Shown: positions 12,479 to 25,260 of the stretch, piece by piece
Numbering within the stretch: position 1 is the stretch's first letter
Layout: each line of letters begins with the position of its first letter
Assembly (NCBI GenBank): GCA_048128005.1
Contig: JBEUKZ010000125.1
Span: 186,001-250,000 of the forward strand
Direction of reading: 5' to 3'
DNA length: 64,000 nt
Origin: Veleropilina oligotropha
Lineage: Eukaryota
Notes under the pieces: model-generated
The model's database searches: none
Told to the model about the DNA's origin: nothing
Seen by the model: only the letters and a program-made list of their open reading frames with translations
Made by a program: the position numbers and the translations under genes

Positions 12479-12607
12479 GTAAGTGTGAGGAAATACGCAC
12501 ACCAGTGTTTAATAGGTAAGTGTGAGGAAATACGCACATCAGTGTTTAATAGGTAAACTGTGAGGAAATACGCACACCAGTGTTTAATAGGTAAACTGTG
12601 AGGAAAG
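12453..12607 (+). repeat. 37/38-bp tandem array spanning the exon-2 donor
   Basis: gaaatacgcacaccagtgtttaatag|gtaa unit x4. Confidence 0.95.
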
Positions 12608-12734
12608 TCTATGTCACTTGTGATAGAGATTTCTTGGCTAGTGATATGAAATGGGATCTCGTTAAATCCTCTATATATCGGAATCGACATACAGTATTAC
12701 ATTTTATCTCTTGCCATGTTTCTTTTATCACAAG

Positions 12735-13105
12735 TGGGCCAACTTTCGTGTGGGTTTCGGTTGCAGACTCCGAGATGACATGAACAGTAGTTGATTCGAA
12801 TCTCGGTTGGGACATGGGCATTATTTGTTCAGTTATGAATCACAGTTGTTCGTAAATGGTCAGAGAGGGCGAGTTTCCCGGGCGACCAGTCTATCCTCCC
12901 GCGATAATTGGGACATATCCTGTCTTGAACCTAGAGGTTATAAATACACTGGACATTGTGCATCAATCGGTCCATCCATCGTCTTTTGTAAATAATGAAT
13001 AATAGATGTGATCGGGTGACCGGGCTTTCCTTTCGCGATAATATGGACATGTCCTGCTATGAATCTGATGATTGTAAATATACAAGACAATAAGCATCGG
13101 TCTAA
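12735..13105 (+). mobile_element. Older diverged SINE copy plus a second 3' fragment (same superfamily)
   Basis: ttgttcagttatgaatcacagttg...cccgcgataattgggacat motifs; similar decayed copies at ~20200-20415, 48940-49170, 53600-53785 and 57270-57370. Confidence 0.7.
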
Positions 13106-14001
13106 TTCAATCGCCTTGAAATTTTATTGTTGATATAAAGAATTTCCAGGTGAAACACAAACAAAATACTCAATGAAACATGTAACCACCACATTTGGAG
13201 ATTGACTATCCTCATACATATTTTTTGGAAATTTTATTTGCAGACTATTCATGCGATGCAAAAGATCGCTGTCTGTAGATTTGGCCCCCAAGTTTTACAT
13301 ACTTTTAGTTTAATATAGAGAAGTTAGAAAAACACCGGTATTGTAAATTTATAGTCTGTTCTGTGTTCACCTGTTACCACTGTTCTTCGTTGAGTGCCTC
13401 CTTGTAGTCACTACTGTTTGTAAATATTGTAATTGAATCAATATGAAATACATTTGTTTTTGGCATCTTCATTACTAACCATTCAAAGATGATGGACAAT
13501 GTTTTATTGCTGAAATTTGTTGACGTGGTCACTAAACAGAAGTTAATCATTCATCTGCCATAAAGAAATAGGAAATATAGGGTATTCGTTGTAAATATGC
13601 ACGTACTTAAGGCCCGTGGTCAGAATATTCTAGAAACAAAATGTGTGGTAAAATGGCTGTTGTGTTGTGTTGACCGATTTGGTTTACCAGAATCATGGGA
13701 CAAGAAACAAGGAACCAATTTAACACAGCCTAAAGTATTATTAATAAATTGAAGTTTCGCATAAAAAGGGTTACCCAAATAAAAAGGGTTGCGCAATAAT
13801 TCAATTTGTGCTGGCCTGCTTCTATTAGTTTTAGGCATTAGAATAAGACATGCCAGAGCGTGAATCATTTTTCCGATGCTCTACCAGTTCAGATATCGAT
13901 AGGTTACCAGTCCTTGGAATGGAGATGTTAAAACAAATTTCCACTACAGACACCACTGAATCATTTCGTAAAATTAAAGTGATTGAAATCGTGACATCTT
14001 A

Positions 14002-14630
14002 AGCTAGCATTCTATACACACGGAATGCGTAAACGGAATCCGTGATACGGCATACGGAATCAATCAAAATGGCTTTAAAATGCAGGAGTGATCCATATAC
14101 ATGGAAACGGCATGCGTTAAAAAAATCGCAGCATGTAGCGATCAATTCCGTAGTTGGACTGGGGAACGAATCCTGAATATGACGTGTTTCAGGGTCAAGG
14201 TAAGGGTCTTCCCCATACCGTACATTATCGCGCCGAATTTGACATCAACAATGCCGAGGTGTGCAATTTCCCAAGAAAAAATGCGGGAAAACGAATAGAA
14301 TTGGTGCGTGAGCAACCAGTTCTAGACGACAGCAGATTGAGCATGCATCATGACGCTGATTTGATATATAACATTTGGGCTAGCAATGACGAAATATTGA
14401 ACATTTCCAGAAAAGATGATAGTTTTATTGTAACAGATATAGTAATAGCAGTAGTATCCAAATGGAGTATTTCTGCATGTATGTTTGTATGTACGTGTGT
14501 GACCGTGTGTACGTACAGAAAGGAATAAATGCAAGTGGATTCCGTATATATATGGAATGCTGCAAACGCATGTGTTCGTTTCCACATAACGCATGCCGTT
14601 GACGCATTTCGTATGTATGGAATGCTAGCT
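14002..14630. mobile_element. Harbinger/PIF-like MITE (family B)
   Basis: TIR agctagcattctatacacacggaatgcgt / acgcatttcgtatgtatggaatgctagct; homologous to 49883-51078. Confidence 0.8.
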
Positions 14631-14834
14631 ATATGGTTTTATGCAGAAAGCTGTCTGAATGCGCTCTTCAATATTTAGGGGATAGTAATATCTATTATTT
14701 TCATTTTGCGAAATCCGCGACGTCTAATTGGTCAAAATGACATCACGTGGAGTTTGAGAAATACTCGTCTCAAACTCGACGTTTTCGTATCAAACTACAT
14801 GTCTGCTAGACGTCATTTGCTATTGCGGGAGATG

Positions 14835-15330
14835 ATCAAGCTTTACTGATACCGCTTTGTCCGGCGTCCGTCTGTCGTCCAGCGTCAACTTTTGATGTGA
14901 ATATCTTGAAACTGTCTGATAATTGTTTTTTTACTTTCGCATGAGCCTTCCTTATGATGTTCTAAACATTTCTTAAAATTAATAGGAAATCTACGTCTCT
15001 GTTTTCTGGAAATTCACCTTCTTGCTGTGATCGCTCTAGACAGGTCATTTCTTAACGGAATGCTTTCAAATTTGGTATGTGCATTGGTTGGGGTGAGGAT
15101 ACGATCCGACCTCCAAGATGGCGGCCACGGCCACAATATTTACCTTTTTGAACTTAGAAAATCTGCTGTCATTGCTCTAGACAGGTCATTTCTTATCGGA
15201 ATGCTTTCAAACAGGACACGACACATATATTTCGGGTGTGGTCCGACGTCCCAGATGGCCGCCGCCGAGAGATTCCTCGCGATCGTTCTAGACAGACCAT
15301 TAATTTACTTATGATCGTTAATGTAGTAAA
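14835..15330 (+). mobile_element. HINE-like fragments with gatcgctctagacagg repeat units
   Basis: Units shared with 31768-32200; cgtccgtctgtcgtcc microsatellite. Confidence 0.6.
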
Positions 15331-16193
15331 CATATCGTGCAAAAATTGGAAATCTTTTTCTCTAAAAATAAAATTTACTAACCATGTGTTGGTTGTGTTA
15401 ACCCACCGGATTTAAGTGTACATATTTCATGTAAAATTTGGCATCCCTTAAATTTTATTTTGAACTGACATTATACATCCAATAGAGCACTCTGGGTGAC
15501 CATAGGTTGTTGCATCGGGTTTCATTGAGATCACTTGCTGCTGCCTGCAGGAGATGCCATGCTATATAATAAGCATTAAAGTTTTTAGAACAACCTGTAT
15601 TTTGCTTTTCCTGTTATTTCAGGTGTGTAATCAAACAAAACACCATACACCTTCCCTGTATTAATTATATAACCTTGTAGATTATATTGTCATAATTTAT
15701 ATTACTTGCTAATTCACATGTTTTTGTTGATTAGACCATTCCTCTAAAAACATGTTCTATAATTAGAAGCATGTCTGCAGTCGGTGTATATGCCTATTTG
15801 CAGTATATATAACAACATTGTTTGTGTTTTTAGTCATATTTCTATCACTGTGTAAAATGTTTTTGTATCAGTTTGAGTAGGCATATATATAACAATATAA
15901 GTATGCATATACAATAGATCTTTATTGTAGCAGTTCTTTATTGTATAATGTTCATAAAAGCAATTCCAAGGCTTGTGTGTAATGTATACTATTGGATGTT
16001 ACATCAACTCCATTGACAAAGGTCAAAGGTGATTTTCAGTCGCAAATTGCTTGAGGTGTGGATTACTCTGTATTATTAGCTCAGCTATGATATCCATTCT
16101 CTATACTGAGTTGTCCAGTTGTATATTGATGAACCCTTTCCAGTGGAGCTAGATAGGTCGAGAGACCTTGTTTAAAAATAAAATGAAAATAAA

Positions 16194-16299
16194 AATGTTA
16201 CCCTGTGGCGTCTCGTTGGATACGTACGTTTATCCTGTTCGCTATGAAAATATCACAGGATAAACGTACGTCTCAAACTTGCCGCCCCAGGATAACGTT
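16194..16299. mobile_element. Short palindromic MITE
   Basis: acgtacgtttatcctgt ... acaggataaacgtacgt inverted arms. Confidence 0.6.
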
Positions 16300-16462
16300 A
16301 AATATTATCTTTTCCATCCAATTTATTGGGTGAAAATCTTGACAATTTCTGCACTAAGTGAAGTAGTAGCACCATCAAAGGAAACTGACTGAGAAGAGAA
16401 GGAAACTTTTGGTGTAGTATTAAGAAATATTGCTAAGTGTGTTATTTAATGTTTTTTTCCAG

Positions 16463-16575
16463 AAAAAATAAGGTCTAAGCAAGATCAAGAAAAGCATACA
16501 AAAAGTACATCAAAATCGTTAAGTGCCATTGAGGAATTTTGTGAAAAGTTCGATAGATCCGTCCGAAATAACGCG
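16463..16575 (+). CDS. TALE homeobox gene, coding exon 3
   Basis: tttttttccag| acceptor, [38 protein letters not shown], gcg|gtaagt donor; phase 1 in, phase 0 out; continues the MEINOX-like helix. Confidence 0.88.
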
Positions 16576-16923
16576 GTAAGTGTTTGCTTCATTTCATTTT
16601 TATGCATAATCGTGTTATGCATGAAGCTATTCTTTTTGAAGGACTCCAACGTTATAAAAATCAATAATGTAGAAAGGTCGACAATGAAACGCGAATGTTT
16701 AAGTGCGTTGCATTACTTTAAAAAAATTATTACATGTTAGCGTAATTCTGTCTCGGAATTTTGCGATGTCATATTTCCACAATCAAGTTTTTGCCGTTTT
16801 TGCTTTTCTGGTCAATCATGGCATGGCTTTTAAATCAATCATGGCACTGCATGTAAAGGTTGTCCTAACATGTGGAAATGGGAAACATAGCTGTTATTTT
16901 GGAAAGTAAATGATTAAAGATAA

Positions 16924-17544
16924 GAAGAGTTCATTTCCAAAACACGATATACGCCATATGTGTATATGTACAAATGTGTATATTGTATCCAGTTTCTGTA
17001 TCTGCATCATGTACTCGGATTTATTTAGTGGTAAACCAGCGATATATCTGACATACAACGATGAAAAAGTCCCTTCATTCCAAATCGAGATATATGACAC
17101 ATGCCTAATTTAGCAAACACCGATATATCCATCGACAACCAATCAGCTTCATCCAATATGGCGACGCCCATAATTACATTGCTAAAACATGCGTCTTCAA
17201 AGAGTTGTACATTTTAAGCTTTGAAAGACCTTTGATGACATTAATTAAACTTTATGAACCTTATTTTGGGCTTGTGTCATTATGACCAATGCTGTTTGCA
17301 CGACACAAAACGTACGTTATTGAATCAAATGGATATGTCGCATTTTGCCAAAACTCGATTCATTTAATTACCGGTACGTAAATTTATTTTCAAAATGATT
17401 TTATAGATTGACAATAGACGTTTTCATCTATTGGTTTTGCTAATGATACGATGTTATATTTCTCTTGACGTTGACACTTGATCTTATTACGTTTTATCCA
17501 ATTTTACCAGAATGGATATATCACGTTTTGGAAATGAACTCTTC
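16924..17544. mobile_element. MITE with 20-bp TIR (Sola-like)
   Basis: gaagagttcatttccaaaac / gttttggaaatgaactcttc, flanked by ataa / atat. Confidence 0.75.
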
Positions 17545-20460
17545 ATATATATATATATTCATGTTCTAATATTGCTTCTTTCTACAATTATATCAAATTT
17601 CGATCTAATGCCCTCTGCTATTTGACATCCATTCAAAAATGCTTGTAAAACTAAGCACTGATCTAAATACAGGCCGCTGTATAATGCATGCTGTTCAGTG
17701 CAGAAATGTTGGTTTTATCGAGTTTTCTGTGCCTTGTGTGACCCACAGATAAGTGTAACACTTGTCAATGTCAATCAAACTCATGTAGAGTGTTGCAAAC
17801 AAGCACAGTGCTCTGAGGAAAAATGATTAGAGAGCCAAAACCTGGGGGAAATATTCCAGCAGAGCAGCTTTGTCAGATCATTGGCGAATGGGGGCCAGCG
17901 GCCATATTCTGGAATGATAACAACCCACGTGAGATAACCAGTCATGCAACCTGCATAAGCAGCCACTGATATGAGAGCTGATGAGGAGGTAGCCCTAGGA
18001 GAGGATTAGTACACACAAACGGCTGTTGGATGAAAATCCGCATATCTAGGCTGTAATTTGTAATTTGACCCTATGATAAACAAAAAGGGATTTGGACTTT
18101 TAAAAGGGTTAGATTTGTTTTTCAGACTTGAAGTTGTGTAGGTCTAGTATCACAGTTAGATTTTCATGTTGCGACTGTAATTGCTGGTATTAATTCAATT
18201 TTTGGTCTTAAGTAGTTTTTTGGCGTTATTTAAATTTTTCACATACACAAACAGTCGAGCTCATATTGGCTTTTTTTACAAATACATGGAATGATAAATT
18301 GTCACGGGCAAGTATTCATCTTTTGTCTAATTTGCTTTCGACAGAAAATTCATGTTTTTCTTCATAACCCAGATATTATAACATGTTTGGCGTTAACGGC
18401 GTAAGCATTAATCTTGGGTATCATCGCATGAATGGACATTTCGGGAACATCTCGGACAATCATCGCAAAATGCTTGGAAGTTCATTCTCCATTGTGCTAG
18501 AAGTAAAGAAAGCAAACTCGCCTACAGGAGTCCTAGGTAGCATTTCCTAATGATCTTTACTGCTGCTCGTTGTAGAATTTTCGGCTCTCATTAATGTTTA
18601 TGAATTCGCTGGCCACAATTCTTCGGATTCCTCGACCAATAACGAGTTGGCAACATTGAGTAATAAACCACATACCAACAGCGCAAAGCACATAAACATC
18701 CAACGTGTGTATGTTGCTTGACCACTCCTTCAACAATGCAGGTGTCGTTAATAATGAACATTTGAGAACGTACTGCCTCAATAAAATCTTGCGTATGTTC
18801 TTAGCTTGACAGTCTAGCCATCACATGTGACTTGTCACATTTACCTGTGCTCTGAGGTTATAACACCACTTCACTGCGATGGCCTCTTCACAATACACTT
18901 GTGATAATAATGATTTTTATATCGAGACTATTTAATGACCAAAGCCATACATACCAGGGTACATAAATGATGGCTGTAGCCATATATATACCGGCAGTGT
19001 ACGTAAATAACGCCATATTCAAGGACATTCGAATAATAAACTGGAGTGATCCAAGGCAAATCCAGGTCATCTGCGGTCTGCTTTGTTTGTACAAATGTTT
19101 CGCCAAATACTGTTGTCAGTTGACCATGTCTGTGAGTGTCCCAGATATCCCAGATTTAAACAATTTGTCTTCTGTCTGTTCCAGATTTTGAACTTTGTAC
19201 CCCAGGAACCCCTTTGAAACTCGTTTTTGGCACATGGTATATATTGTTATATACTATTAATTCAATGTTTGTCCTCTTTTTATCTGATCGATCCTTTTGA
19301 GAGCAGTGACAGAGTGAGTCAGATCGTAGACTAGATTTTTACTCGTTTGAACTTCGCAAAAAATCGGGCCTAACGTGTTCTGCCATTAAATGGAACGAGT
19401 CGACCACAGACGGAAGTCCGATCACACTGATATGCCCAGAATGAGAGTCCTGCTTTTATTATGGACTACGCATAGCATGACCCTTTAAATCACGATCATA
19501 TTCTGGGAAGAAGGAAGGTTTGACTATACCACGATCTCATCGATTTATGCGTCAGTAAATGGATTCCCTCCGTCGATCGATTACACCTCGTTTCCAAAAC
19601 TCGAAAACTTTTGAAATGCATTAAAGAAGCATTCAAGTGTTTAGACCGTTGTTTTCTTGGCTGTTTTCATTGAAATAACCTTGATTTTTATCACAACCAT
19701 TGCATTTATCATGGAGTATGCATATTGATTACCTGCGTGCATACACATAGAAGTTCTGCAAATGTTTTCCCATGAACTGTTTTCAATTGTTGCGATCTTC
19801 AGTCAATGGCATGAAATATAATTATTATGTATTTTATTTGAAATAATTTCATGATAGAATATAAAATGCTTATATATATATATATATGGTTTTGTATCTG
19901 ATACCTCCATTGTTACCTGCCTATACGTGACAATAGCGCTAGATGGAATGGCGATAGCTCCGCACTCGAGTCCTGGTGTACTGATCTAATGGGTTTCTGC
20001 GTAGGGCTAACACAGCCATTAACTGTCATATATGATAGTGGCCTCCGGGCATTTACTTTTAATGTGTGGGCGTAACTGTTTCGGCAATAGATGTTTGTTT
20101 GCTCAGGTAGACTCTAAATTGGATAGGATCACCTGTTTATAGACTGCCTATAGCAATAAGAGGCTCTCCGCATTGCTTAGTAATACTGCACACAGCGAGG
20201 GCGCACTGGTTGCGAAGTGGATAAGAGTGTGGTAGCTAAATTCACTAGTTTGACCATGCCATATTACAGGAGTGGTTTCCAGCAGCAATCTTTGTACAGT
20301 TAACAGTCACAGTCATCCACAACATGCTGGTGACCGCACTTTTTTCATGCAATAATATGGACATGTCCTGGTATGAACACGAAGGTTGTTAAAAATGGAC
20401 ATTAAGCAATGATTCAATTAAAAAATTGGTATTCTATCCCACGGCATTATTTAATAACCA

Positions 20461-20880
20461 TTATCTTGATTTCGCTGCGAATTCTCTGTTCTGATTGGTT
20501 GACGTCATTTTGTTAACTGACGGTAAACACCGCTCAGCCGTTGTTTATGGATTCTTATACAACGGTGACATCATTCCTCTGTTCTGATTGGCCGTCAAGG
20601 GAAATAACTCTGCCTTACTGAAACCGTCCATTGTTTTGCAAATGGCTGCTGTGGTCATAAATAACGAAATCGGGACTCTATTAATCAAACATCACAGTAA
20701 GAAATCAAGTTAATTCAACATAAAATCAAGATAAATACGTTGTCGAGCAACGTCTTTGTAAATACATTGGATTGAATACTTCATATCGTTAAACCACTCG
20801 GTGCTAGCGCCTCGTGGTTTAACTTGATTCGGTATGCAATCCACCGTATTTACCGCGACGTCGTCCGACTACTTATATTG
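20461..20880. mobile_element. Non-autonomous DNA element (Crypton-like ends)
   Basis: ttatcttgattt / aaatcaagataa inverted pair, tctgattgg motifs, terminal hairpin aaaccactcggtgctagcgcctcgtggttt. Confidence 0.45.
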
Positions 20881-23847
20881 TTGTGCACGGATGGAAGTAT
20901 GTTATATTATCAGTTTTTTTTTTACGTAAATCTATTATTTTCCCAGGGGTTTTGTTATATGCCAGGACCAGAGTAAATTGACACAGCTATTTCGATCATA
21001 ATCTCGGCTACTTGTCATGTGCATATTTTAATTTCATGAAATCATTGAAATGCCCCCCCTACTCTTCATCTGGTACATGACTAATTTATATCTACCAAAA
21101 TCCCTGTTTTCCCAAAGGTAAAAGTGCAAGTTCAGACTTCTTGATTCGTGTGTGGAGCACCGACCCTAACAACTTCACAATTACCTCATTGATTATTGCT
21201 AGGTGTCATGCAAATCATTTCCACTCGCATTGATTACCTTTGCCCCGTAGTGGTGGCAGAAGGTGTTGAAATTGGATCGGTTTGTCTGTCTGTTCATGAG
21301 CATAACTTGCTAACCATTTTTCCGATTTATTCAGTTTTTGTACACAATAGATTTCACCCAACGCTCGGTGCTCCGAGATGATCCGAATTGGAAAGCGGAT
21401 CCGGATTTTATGACACAATTTTCGGTTTATGGATTTTCTACACGATTTACTCAATTTTTCTACAAAAGATAGCATCCGCCCCAGGCATGGACCTCCTCAA
21501 AGGTGATCCGAATCAGAAATTGGATCCGGATTTTATGACACTATTTCCCTTTCATGGATTTTCGACTCTAGCGCTAGAACTCTTTGCTGTACAAACTTCT
21601 AATTAGGCTCAAATGTTCTTTAACTAGACTATTAGTTGCAAAACTTTGTGGCTTTCACCATTGATTTTCAGTGTCGGATTGCCTTGTTGCGCATGGAATC
21701 CATCAAACTGAAAGTGTGAAAACAACATACACACTGACAATTTCTCTTGCTGTAAAACTGGCACCCACTCGGATGATCTGCGTTAACCGAGACACTAACA
21801 TGTATTCTCATTGTATTGCCAAAGGCAAACTACCAAGACCAGGAACCAAAATCACACAGAGCTGACCATCCTTATTTCCGCAATATGACCAAATTTGTTC
21901 ATTTTAACATTGAAAGTTTTTCAAAGCAAATGGAGGCTATAAAATTAATCTCCATATTTTGCTCTTGGCGCATTGTTATTTATCTATCCTATGTGCGCGG
22001 AAATTTATATATTTTAGTAGCAAATGTAGTTAAATCTGATTTTCGTTTCCTTATTCGACTGGTGAAGTCTGGTTGCAGCGTTGATGTTGTTTATCGGTTG
22101 GCAGCAAGCACTTCAACAGCGCCCCTGTTAACTGCACCGAGAACGACTGCCAGGGACCTCGCCTGCTCCCGCAATACCGTTCATCATTGCGTTGTTTATA
22201 CCTGCCGGAATGGTTGTTGATGTCTTCATCACCGTAACAACATTACAACAAGAGCACATGCTGCTCATACTGCCATCCGATTGGTCGATGCGCCGCTTGT
22301 TTATATACTTGAATGATGAGCAAAGATCCTCACCCCTGTCTCATTCAATTAGCAAGGTTCCAGACAGTTCTCTCTCCGTCATAACTCATCGTTACTTACA
22401 GCATTGAGTTGATGATGGCTGGAAATCTGGATATTCTGTCGAAGAGACCAGCGATTGCAGGCAGTTAAAAAATGAAGGAAGCCCATAAATTTGAAAAATA
22501 TAAGTTTATAACAATTGCGAATTTTATATAATTGTTTTACAGATGTTGATTCCATCACACTATCGGGTAGATATTTCACTCTTCTACAACTCAATTTGCA
22601 AAAGGAATATTTTCTAATATGCATTCGTGATATTTTTTGAAAACATTTGATTTATATCCCCTGGTGTAATTTTGGTCCATCTTAAACTGATATCAACATT
22701 GTCCTTTCCTGTTAACAAATTCCTTATTCCTTCTGGATGGTCAGGACCACAACGTTGTAAGGTCAAGAGCTGTTAGTTCATCCTTCTACTGTAATTATCT
22801 CAGTTTGCCTATCAATTTTGTATCTCTCTTCCAACTTGCTCCAGAAGTTGGGTATCTTTTACAAGATATGAATTCCATAATTGGTTTCCATATTCGTATG
22901 AACTGCATAAACGTGGTCCACCAAGTTGGTTGTACTGTACATGTATATGATCTCTTAGTCGTGTCAAGAGCAGGAGGGCAGATGTAATGCTCGACTCGCG
23001 CCAGCCATAATTATCAACCGACGAGTATTTTTGGCCTGTTTATTTCCTCGGCAGCTGGTTTTCACATACTTCTAGAAATCAGCAGCACTAACACCCCATG
23101 CCTGAAAAAACAACTCTGGGTCTGGTTATAATGATCCAAACTCTGAATAAACTACTGATGATCTCTCTCCCATTCTTACAAGGCACGTTCATATGATTTT
23201 TGCCGACTACCGGAGTTCATTTTGATGAAGTTGTGGATAGATACCCTCTTGATGCACTTTTAAAGATATCATTTATTTTAAATATATAGCTTCATCTAAG
23301 TTTTAGGACTAACTGGTATCGCAAACGCCTGGCATATTTTCAAATACGAGTTTCTTGGTTCGCATGCTATGCAAATGCGAGCTTATGTAATCAACATCAT
23401 CATGGCGCTCAATCGCGCCATATAATACGCTATTTTAGAATGGGCACTCTTAATAGCATCATTGTAATCTAGGCATTACAATGTCAATGTCATCTAGTTT
23501 TCTGATAGATTATCGAATTGTTAATGTTGTCTGATTATACAGTAGCTATTCATTTTTAATTTGAATAAATAAAATTTCCAAAATATAAATGTTTTTTTAC
23601 TTCATTGAAATTCAAATGATATGATACTTTGTGAAAATAACTTTTGACTGTCGAATACTGCATTGGTAATTTGTATTCTGTTAATTATGTTTCTTAAATG
23701 AAAAAGAAGATGAAGATTCATATTTACCATTCTTGTCGAAGTTTATTATAAATATTGATTGATTATTTTCTTTCCTCACTTTAAAATAACTTCCAATTAC
23801 AGTTCAACAGTGCATGTTTTATATTTATTTTACGTATTATTTTTCAG

Positions 23848-23994
23848 CCTGGTACACCTAGCAACAGTCACCACGGCAATCCCAATGTTATGGATTCAAT
23901 GGGATTGCAGCAACCAGGTGTTCCCCAGATGCTAAGCGGGACTTCAACGCCTCTAGGAGGGACCCCTACCAAACATCCCAAATTTAATATGGAG
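23848..23994 (+). CDS. TALE homeobox gene, coding exon 4
   Basis: tattatttttcag| acceptor, 49 open codons PGTPSNSHHGNPNVMDSMGLQQPGVPQMLSGTSTPLGGTPTKHPKFNME, gag|gtcggt donor; phase 0/0. Confidence 0.82.
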
Positions 23995-24327
23995 GTCGGT
24001 ATCGAATTACGCGTTCACCTTAAACTTGCAGCACCAAGTGGCTGAGTTACTGCTTTCAGCTGTATGACATAGTAGTAGTGATATAAACCATATTTGATGT
24101 TTTCCATATCCGTGGATTAAATGGCAGAGCATAGTTTAAAGTCAGTTATTTGATAATTTTTCCGCCCATGTGCATCGGCTTGAAGAAATCGATTACGATC
24201 ACTGTTGTCCGTAATCATGGCGGATGGTAATCGATCGTGGGTGTCCCTAACTGGTCATGGTCGATGGTAACTTATTCTGTTAAAAAAGTTTGCATGAATT
24301 CGTCACTTCTTGACCAATGGACTTGGT

Positions 24328-25260
24328 TATTGTCTCCCCGAAATTTAACATTTCGGGGATAGTATGGTTTAGGCATCGTTCAGCCGCCGCATCCGCTGCA
24401 GAGATTTCTTATGTGCGCTCTACAGTGAAAGGTTCTAATCCGATTTGATTCAAATTTGGTTTTCACGTCAGTTATGATAAGGACACGCCACTTAACGATT
24501 TTTCGTCGTTTTCGGATCCAAGATGGCCGTGGGGGGGCCGCGGCGGCCATTTTGTTTGGAGAGATTTCCTGTGTGTGCTTGACAGTGAAAAGTTATCCTA
24601 TTTGGTTCATATTTGGTATGAGCGTTCGTTATGATGAGTACATGCCGCCTAAAGATTTTCATCGTTTTCAGATACAAGATGGCCACCATGGGGGACATTT
24701 TGTTATGACAACATTTTTGTACGCGCTCTCCAATGAAAAGTTATCAGATTTGATTCATATTTGGAATGCGCTTTAGTTGTGATGACATGCAGCCTAAATA
24801 TTTTCGTCATTTACGGATCCAAGATGGTCGTCTTTCTTGTGCGTGCTCTCCAGTGAAAAGTTATTATCCGATTTGATTCAAATTTGGTGTGCATGTTGCT
24901 TATGACGAGGACACGCCACCTAATGATTTGCGTCGTTTTCGGATCCAAGATGGTCGCTGTGGGAGCCATTTTATTTGAAGAGATTTCTTTTGTACGCTCT
25001 ACAGTGAAAAGTTATTTTCCGATATGATATGCATGTTAGTTATGCAGAGGACACGCCGCCTAACTATTTCTGGATCCAAGATGGCCGTCATGGCAGCCAT
25101 TTTATTTGAAGATATTTCTTTTGCGCGATTTACATTGAAAAGTTCTAATCCGATTTGATTCAAATTTGGTATGATGATGAGGACACTGTGCCTAACAATT
25201 TCTGCTACCGTAATAGGGAATACATCCCCTCGACTTGCTGGGTCGAGGATTCGCTAGTTT
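24328..25260 (+). mobile_element. HINE/Helentron-like element with internal tandem units
   Basis: tccccgaaat..atttcgggga 5' hairpin; repeated ggatccaagatggc / cagtgaaaagttat units; 3' cctcgac..gtcgagg hairpin + ctagttt. Confidence 0.8.

Noticed and set aside
11299..12482. Long antisense and alternative-frame ORFs overlapping exon 2
   Set aside because: Shadow ORFs of a GC-richer coding exon with no recognisable motifs.
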